This document shows positions 57,150 to 64,000 of a stretch of DNA of 64,000 nt, piece by piece. The DNA is taken from positions 99,820,001 to 99,884,000 of the forward strand of contig OZ024745.1 of the NCBI GenBank assembly GCA_964016885.1. The letters are read 5' to 3'. Numbering within the stretch: the first letter of the stretch is position 1; the number at the start of each line of letters is the position of its first letter. A program made the translations under genes and the position numbers. The notes under the pieces were generated by a model. It was given only the letters and a program-made list of their open reading frames with translations, did not search any database and had not been told where the DNA came from. The stretch comes from Eledone cirrhosa. Its lineage: Eukaryota.

Positions 57150-58480
57150 CATGCGCGCGCGAAGTTAAATGCAACAACATAACTTTCAAAAGGAATTCTT
57201 TTTGTGTTTTATATTACAAGAAAAATGGTAGTTCTTTGCTCATTCAATACAACAGTTTGTGAGGCAAACGTTAATGTGGGTTTCTGTAAATATAAGTTCT
57301 TAAAAGTATCATATTGTCTTCACATCACTATTAGAAACTATGCCAAACTTTGTATATAATCAAGAGCTGGATGTATATATTCCAACGGACAACTCACATT
57401 TCGGAAAGAGACGAAGCTGTGGTAAAGTGAGATTTGGTAACCATGGCAAGTTGTAACGTATATATTAAAGAAAATAACTTCTTGTTTAAGTTAAGTTTCG
57501 GTTTCACATTTGATGTAAAGTACGCGAGAGTAAATCGATATGAATATGCGCGCACGCACACACACGCACACACACACACACACACAGAGAGATACATACA
57601 TGCACATATACACTCCTTCTCTCTCTAAGAGAGCTGTCTGTATCAGCACTGTAGCTTGTTATGCAGACTTAATTTCTGCTAAACATGAACACACACAATG
57701 TATGTATGTATGTATGTAATCTAAGAGTATATGGTTTTCAAGCAAAAACCTGACTCTTCCCAAAAGTATTTAATGATATTTTCTACATCGAAAGCAGAAA
57801 TATATTTTAGAAACTGAATTAGAGAGAGGGTGGTATTTTTGACTATTTTGCGAAAACACGCACACACGCAAACTCAATTTGCATTCTTCAACACTTCTCA
57901 AAGTTTCTAAAAACCAAACAGAGTTAAAAAATAAAGAAAAATATTTTATTAGATATTAAGACTTACATCTGAAAAGAGATATTTAGGATAAAAATAAAAT
58001 AAAATAAAAACGATTTGAAAAAAATTAAGTTAAATGTTATGTTGCTTATTTGTATGTTGGGCCATATTGGATGCTTTCTATGCCGCATCTCCAAACGGGA
58101 CAGCTACTATCAGCAACAGATGTAGGACAGTCTGAGTCTGTACAACATCCCTCTGTTGCTGCTACTAGCAAGCATCATAGACTCGCAGAATGACGAACAA
58201 CTCCATTTCTATAACTTCAAACTTGTTTGACTATCAGTTTCTATTCGTGCAATTGATAACTTGAACATTTTCACAGTGAATAACTTCAGTAAACACAGTA
58301 CACTAATAAATATCTAGTTTGCACTACATGATAAAAATGTACGCCCTTAAAAGTATGGTAAAAGGCATACTTAGAATATATTAACTGTATATAAATAAAC
58401 ACATATATATAAACATTTATCTGTATACTATATATACATTTATATTTGAGTAAATAGAGATAGAGAGCAGCTTCTTTTGA

Positions 58481-58522
<42 letters not shown>

Positions 58523-58731
58523 CTGCGTGCGTGAATGTGTGTGTGTAATTCCAAACGTTTGAGATGATAAATTATAAATATTACAGAAAAACATGATAGA
58601 ATAATTTTAAGTCTCACACGCACTTTTAAGAAACAAAATATCTTGAAAGTTACTGAAATAAAAATAGAAAAACTCATAAAATGCATGCACAATGAAAGAA
58701 TGTAAATAAAACGCAGGTTTGAAATATTCAC

Positions 58732-59562
58732 CTCAAAAGCCCAAGTGCAGGAAATCCCAGCATATCTCTGGACACACCTTCCAATTTCTACATCTTCATG
58801 TGTAGTGAGCGGACTCTGCATACAATGGTCGACATGGCTGGCCACTAATTTTAAAGTAGCTCGACTAAATACTATCCCAGGTCCCCCCATACAAAAGTTT
58901 TCATTTTCTTTAAGTTTTAACAGACCAGATTCTTCTTTGGTCCCAAGCCCAGCTTGGCCTATAAACTGCGGTTTCGAACTATTAATCGATCTTAAAAAAC
59001 TTTGGAGGCGTGATCCTTTGATGTATACATCATCATCTGCCCTCATAAACCATTCAAATTCATCGATATAATGATCATGCATGTACTTTAACATACTGAA
59101 TGATTTTTTCTGAGGTGGGTAAGTATCATCAACACCTCGCAGACCGACTACCGGGAGATCACCAATTCCTTGAGAAGTTTCACTAGAAAAGAAAATCACT
59201 TCTCCATTTATCGAACGGGCCCAAGTTTTGTACGCAGCAATGGCTCGCGTATTCAGGTACTTTTTCGCAGTCATGACACCAATAAGTATGAAGTTCTTCG
59301 TAGATTTTAGAACATTTTGTGGATCCTGAGTCTGCTGACATGAAGTTGAAGCAAAAGACTGTGTTGTCTCAGTTAATTTTAAGGGATCGTTGGAAAGTTG
59401 ACCTAAGATGCAGCATGTTCCATGGGATAATCCACATGTAATAAATCGATAACCACTCCAACTGACCAGTAACATGCCACTGATGATACCGAAAAGTATC
59501 CCAATTAAAGATTTTGTTCGAATTCCGTACCTCCGTTTGGCCATGCTTTCTTCTCCATGCAT
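58732..59562 (-). CDS. CHSY1: Chondroitin sulfate synthase 1-like, first coding exon (TM anchor plus GT31/fringe-like glycosyltransferase domain)
   Basis: TM segment SLIGILFGIISGMLLVSW; IGVMTAKKYL, DDTYPPQKKSF, WFMRADDDVY, FCMGGPG, TTHEDVEIGRC, CTWAFE, then donor GAG|GTGAAT at 58731. Start at ATG 59562 or 59544. Confidence 0.93.
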
Positions 59563-60356
59563 CCAGAAGTTGCTTAGGACAGTTTTCTGGCTCGGAGTAA
59601 AAAAAACTAATTGAGAACATAACCATTAACCAGCCATCAGTAGAATCCAACTAAAACATCCTGGTGCGGTTGCCTGAAAGTTAAAAGAGAACACTCACAC
59701 GCAGTTTGTATCTTATCTTTGGCATCTAACTTGGAAATTTTTTTCTAATATATATCAGCAGCCGCAATTTCCAAATTTGTGGAAAATACATTTAAATTTG
59801 ATGATTTGTAATAGTTTCGCATAGTTAAGTTTTTTTTTTCTTTTCTTCTGAAGCCTAATCTGAAGACCCGCTCCAAACTAACAGGGCGAACTGACAAGCA
59901 CCATGCGTCTGACTGATTTATATATAGCTGCCACATAATTTCTATGGGTCGATTTGCGATTCATGACGTAATAGCTCTCACAGACTGGAAAAAAATTAAT
60001 TCATTAAAATTTATTTTCTTTGCTTGCATATAGTTTATAATTAATAAAAACGCTTAAATAAATATATTATATATATTTTCTTTATTGTTAATTAAAAAGT
60101 AACGAAACACGTTTTTCTCCGAAAACTGTCGAAGTAACTACTACAATTCCAATATGGCGGACTACTTAAATGTGTGAAGCAATAAGTTTATAGAAGAAAG
60201 TAATTTTAATATCATTAAGTTATTTGATTTTTTAGAAATATTCTTCGAAGCTAAAATGTTTCTTTGTTGCATAGTAAGAAATATTGCTGGTGCAGTTAGT
60301 CGATGATTATCAAAATTAACCTGAAAGCTGTGTTGTTGCTGGAGTAAACACCAAAC
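59563..60356. promoter_or_regulatory. Bidirectional promoter and 5' UTRs
   Basis: Divergent start codons ~800 bp apart; repeat-free; TGACGTAA (59964), ACTACAATTCC (60140), AATATGGCGG (60151). Confidence 0.7.
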
Positions 60357-60510
60357 ATGGCGTCATCCTTGAATGAAGAAAGTGTTGAGAGAAAACTACA
60401 TGCTGTTAACAATACACAAGATGGCATTCAAAGTATGTCATTATGGATTATTCATCATAAAGCGCATCATAAGAAGATAGTCGATTTATGGCTAAAAGTC
60501 TTGAAAAAAG
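60357..60510 (+). CDS. RPRD-family (regulation of nuclear pre-mRNA domain, CTD-interacting domain) protein, first coding exon; RPRD2-like or RPRD1-like
   Basis: MASSLNEESVERKLHAVNNTQDGIQSMSLWIIHHKAHHKKIVDLWLKVLKK fits CID helices 1-3; AAACATGG start context; donor AG|GTAAG at 60511 (phase 1). Confidence 0.88.
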
Positions 60511-63082
60511 GTAAGCAAACGGTACCGACTTGCCTTCTCGTCTTCAAGCATACGTTAATAATTTTCTTTACATTTCTCTGTTATTCTAACAAACTGCGTG
60601 TGTAATTAAGCAAAACCATTTTTATTAATTTATCCTACTTGTGTAAATTTGAATTCATTTACTAATTCAAATCGATGTGCAACTTAAGTAGAATTTGTAA
60701 ATGATATATTCAGATGCAAATAATTTGAATTAATTTACTTTCGTTCTTCTTCGTTTTTCGAAGAGAATGCTTCATCGCCAAGCTGGGTTTATTTGTTGTT
60801 AGGAAAACAAATGTTAAGTGCTATTGTATTGCATCGTTTGATGTTATTTGCTATATGTGTAGATCTTAAATTTTAAACAACATATAGTTTCTTTTTCATG
60901 TTTTAATTTAATTCAAGTAGCAGAATAGTTAGTGATAATTGTTGACTTGTTACTTATGTATTTTTACCAACACCGTTTCCACAAGGTATTAAACATTTAA
61001 CATCGTTTTAATGTTATGGTTTCTATGTTGAAAACAAGAACGTAAAACCAAAATGTGTGTGAAATGTACAATGTTTATGAAACTTAAAACTATTTCACCT
61101 TTCGTTCAGTATTTTGTAATCGAGTAAATATCATTCTCATCTATTTGAAAGCTTTGGTGAAATATCATTTTAAAGAATAACTTGTAATATTTTTGTTGGT
61201 ATGTTTGACTTACAATAATATAGATACGAGATAATTGTTGCACCTGCTTTATTTATCGAACTGGCTTGATACGGAAGTCCAGGTCCTACCTGTTTCAGCT
61301 CACTTCATCATTCATATTCTAGATAATCAAACTCGAATTAATTGAATTTTAATTAATAGATTCATTAATTATATCAATTTTTTCCCCTAATATATTTTCA
61401 GCTATGTTGATTTATTAGGAATGGTGTATATTTGTTTTGTTTTAGTTTTTGAAAACAGAATTTTAAAAATAAACAAGACGAGATTATATGATTACAGAAA
61501 GTTGTACGAACACATTAAGATTATGCATCTTTTAGAAAATATTCTGTTTTTTAAATAAAAACCGAAATTTTATTATATTAAAGAAATTACTGAGAAAACT
61601 AAATCGAAACATATGTTTTATTTATTGGCGGTTGTGGCCATTGTATCACTACCATGCCTTATACCTATATATTAGATAATTTTACTACCTGCTTGCTAAC
61701 ACATTTCTATCTTCTTTATCTAAATTTATTGTAAAATTCAAGCCAGGTAAATGCAATGTTTGTACTGCTACTGATCAATATATTTGAACAAGAAATTGCT
61801 TTTCGAATTTAAAATGTAAATAAATGAAGCTGTAATTCTACTAATACATGTGAAATAAAATAACAAATTGTGAAGTGATGTTTTAAGTGTGGTTTAAAAT
61901 AAGGCATATCTTTATTAATTACTAATGTATAAATTAAGCCTAGGTACCTCGATTCCTATCAAAATATATTGGTGGCTTATTGGTTGTTTAGGTCATTTAC
62001 TCAAGGTTAGCTATAACTATGATATATATAAACATTTGATCGGCCTTATTTCAACTCATAAATTGCACTAGTTTTGATTTTGGTTTTTCGTATATTTGTT
62101 TTCTTGAAAAAAAAAAAAAAAAAAAAAAAATTTGTTCCTCAAAATAGAAAGTAAGAGATGTTTAACATTTGAATATGTATAACTCTTTTATTTATATATT
62201 GTGTTCTATTAATATATACTTTATTTTTAACTAGTACATAATTACTTTGCCAGGAACAATAATTTTCTAACTTAACTAGCACTGTACTTGCTATTAAAAT
62301 ATTGATATGGAAAAACAACTTGGTGTATATAATCTATATTGTAGACTAATGTTTAGAGATTAAAATCACATTACTTTGTTATTATACATTTTCTACCATA
62401 ATTCACAAATATTCAGATTCAAAATTGATCTTCAAATATCCGTTAATTTATTGATGCAGCAGTTCACCTTTTTGAAACTTTTTTTTTATGTCATGTTAAA
62501 GCAATTAATCATTTATTAGTTAATTGAAGACTAGCATTTTCCATTTCAACTTGACAATATCTGGAAATAGTTGACTTGTAAAAGCATTAAATGGCCTTCA
62601 CCTTCATTGCAATTTCAAAAATAACACTTATTTATTTTTTCTTCTCATTTCATTGATTATTGTACCTGCAATACTATATTGGTTTTATTTGTTACTAACA
62701 ATTCTTCAACATGTGATATGAATTTTTTGTTGCATTAATTGTGAATAGTTTGTGCAACATAGCATTTATCACCTTAGCTATACTTTGTCATTCTCTTCTT
62801 TAATCATTACTGAAATAAACAACTTAACAAGGATATATATCTTTCACTAGTTCTGATAAAGATTGAACCCCTAACTACAAATTGTAGCCAGAAATTCCAA
62901 CACACCAACTGAGCCACCAACATTTATATGTGTGTGTATCTGGTTTAAAATAGGCATACTGTATCTTTGCATGTCAAGTGATTAAAAGATCTGGGGTCAG
63001 GAAGGGCAAAAAATCCCGTCCAACCCATACCAACATGGAAAGGTCATGTAATATCAATTTTTCCGTACTGGCAGTTTGGTTT

Positions 63083-64000
63083 GATGCCCCCTTCTTGGTG
63101 AGACAATTACAAGAGAGGTTCTTAGAGAAAAATAAGCCACTATACTTAGCCTTTGTTGACCTAGAGAAGGCCTTTGATAGGGTACCCCGATCTGTCATCT
63201 GGTGGTCCCTAAGGAAACTATAGGTGTTGAGGAATGGCTTGTGAAGACAGTACAAACTTTGTACAGAGGTACTGTCAGTAGAGTCAGGGTAGGAATGGAG
63301 TTTAGTGAGGAATTCCAGATACAAGTAGGAGTACATCAAGGTTCAGTCCTCAGCTCGCTCTTGTTCATTATAGTCCTCCAAGCCATAATAGAGGAGTTTA
63401 AGACTGGCTGTCCATGGGAACTTCTCTATGCTGACGATCTGGTTCTCATAGCAGAATCAGTAGAGGAGCTAGAGAAGAAATTCTGGCTATGGAAACAGCA
63501 GTTGGAAGCAAGAGGACTGAGAGTGAACCTAGCTAAGACAAAAGTGTTGATAAGTAGAAAAGAGGACAAAACTTTGATTCCATCAGGGAAATGGCCATGT
63601 TCGATATGCACTGATATAAATTCTATAAAATGCACACAATGCAGATCCTGGGTACACAAGAGATGTAGCGGGATAGCAGGCAAACTAACAGGTAGGGAGA
63701 AATACGTATGCAGTAGATGTACAGGGAAATTAGACAGTAGAAGTTGCATTGATAGACACATTTTTCAAATGCAGGCGGGTGCTATAGAAGTGGTGGATAG
63801 CTTCCGGTACCTAGGAGATCAGATTAGCATGGGATGGGGTGTTCCGAGGCCATAGTATCTAGAATAAGGACGGGTTGGAAGAAGTTTAGGGAGCTGCTTC
63901 CTCTGCTGATGAAGAAGGGTTTCTCCCTGCGTACGAAAGGCCGGTTATATGATACCTGTGTGAGGAGCGTGATGCTGCTTGGTAGTGAGACATGGGCAGC
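63083..64000 (+). mobile_element. RTE LINE internal/3' fragment within the RPRD intron
   Basis: [28 protein letters not shown]-like finger, FRYLG; frameshifts near 63220 and 63835; runs off the window. Confidence 0.95.

Noticed and set aside
58483-58731. ORF extension beyond CTWAFE (VNISNLRF...)
   Set aside because: Intron read-through past the GT donor, with no CHSY similarity. The same applies to 60511-60605 of the RPRD ORF.

Overview
AT-rich, repeat-dominated animal genomic DNA; the SINE/RTE/microsatellite content suggests a cephalopod such as octopus (inference). Only two host genes are visible, as head-to-head first coding exons about 800 bp apart: a chondroitin sulfate synthase (CHSY1-like, minus strand) and a CID-domain RPRD-family gene (plus strand). 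The remaining ~58.7 kb appears to be a single CHSY intron. It contains many RTE-clade LINE fragments, including one with an uninterrupted ~980-codon APE-RT frame running into a 200-N gap, three tRNA-derived SINE families, a decayed Chapaev-like DNA transposon, MITEs and a ~14 kb TA/CA satellite. Three observations stand out. (1) At least five small microsatellite-embedded element families carry complete or half hammerhead-ribozyme motifs, mostly with fold-back inverted repeats (Penelope/retrozyme-like). (2) A C4HC3 PHD-type zinc finger is inserted inside the RT region of the dominant RTE LINE. (3) One SINE uses the last codons of that LINE's ORF as its tail. The giant I/Y/C/H-rich ORFs are artefacts of the satellite. 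All family assignments rest on motif recognition, without database searches.
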